From positions 28,188 to 92,187 of the IMG/VR virus record IMGVR_UViG_3300023118_000008: a stretch of 64,000 nucleotides of DNA. One strand, 5' to 3'. Position numbers and translations under genes: made by a program. Source of the DNA: a virus. Taxonomy: Duplodnaviria > Heunggongvirae > Uroviricota > Caudoviricetes. Positions 63,952-64,000 of this stretch are shown here, in pieces. Every line of letters starts with the position of its first letter. The stretch's first letter is position 1. The notes beneath the pieces were generated by a model. It was not told where the DNA came from, ran no database searches, and saw nothing but the letters and a program-made list of their open reading frames with translations.

Positions 63952-64000
63952 TTCATACTCTTTTAAAAAATCAGGATTTAAATCTTTTAATTTATTTAAA

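Noticed and set aside
1-64000. CRISPR arrays, integrase or excisionase, and rRNA
   Set aside because: No regularly spaced direct repeats of CRISPR type, no tyrosine or serine recombinase motifs (R..HxxR..Y or S..R), and no rRNA-like segments seen. The only recombinase-type gene is the IS1595 transposase.

Overview
This window reads as a gene-dense, AT-rich segment of a large bacteriophage genome, most likely infecting a Bacteroidetes/Flavobacteriia-type host. The host inference rests on one protein carrying a type IX secretion C-terminal sorting domain and on A-rich leaders with no obvious Shine-Dalgarno sites. Nothing here was run through a database, so every call is from motifs read by eye.

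Gene layout: plus-strand small genes from about 0.1 to 18.5 kb, a reverse-oriented island at 18.6-21.1 kb, an IS1595-family transposase at 21.5-22.5 kb, plus-strand genes from 23.6 to 40 kb, and a long minus-strand block from 40 to 64 kb. The two blocks converge on a bidirectional terminator near 39.96-40.0 kb.

Recognisable genes:
- phage housekeeping: PhoH-like ATPase, a divergent GroEL-like chaperonin next to a ClpP-fold protein, DnaB-like helicase, VirE_N/AEP-like primase, MazG-like pyrophosphatase, metallophosphoesterase;
- nucleases: secreted SNase-like thermonuclease, PD-(D/E)XK Cas4/RecB-like nuclease;
- host-interaction candidates: SPFH/band-7 membrane protein, a T9SS-CTD secreted protein;
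- RNA repair: a contiguous RNA ligase / nucleotidyltransferase / T4-Pnk-like kinase-phosphatase cassette;
- selfish elements: a GIY-YIG homing endonuclease with NUMOD-like repeats, a frameshifted HNH-AP2 endonuclease pseudogene, two T5orf172 paralogs;
- RNAs: two tRNA genes with imperfect stems and one 62-nt tRNA-like element.

The strongest observations, all read directly from the sequence:
1. A 5,024-bp transposon at 18483-23506 has perfect 25-bp terminal inverted repeats and an 8-bp target-site duplication (TTAATCTT). It carries the IS1595-family transposase and a six-gene, membrane-protein-rich cargo operon, and it inserted exactly at the stop codon of an upstream phage gene.
2. A 276-bp MITE-like derivative at 39057-39332 has the same terminal repeats, its own 8-bp duplication (TAAATTTA), and shares about 100 bp with the large element's right end.
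3. A 25-30-bp motif with a GC-rich core (about WWTYCGGCGGRAAAAGAAnTWAAAACA) recurs more than 30 times. It almost always lies 0-40 bp upstream of plus-strand gene starts, which fits a promoter. The same plus-orientation copies also sit between minus-strand genes, and one copy sits outward-facing at the transposon and MITE ends.

No CRISPR array, integrase or rRNA was seen. A tRNAscan-type scan, domain and profile searches on the named proteins, and dRNA-seq of infected cells would test most of what follows.
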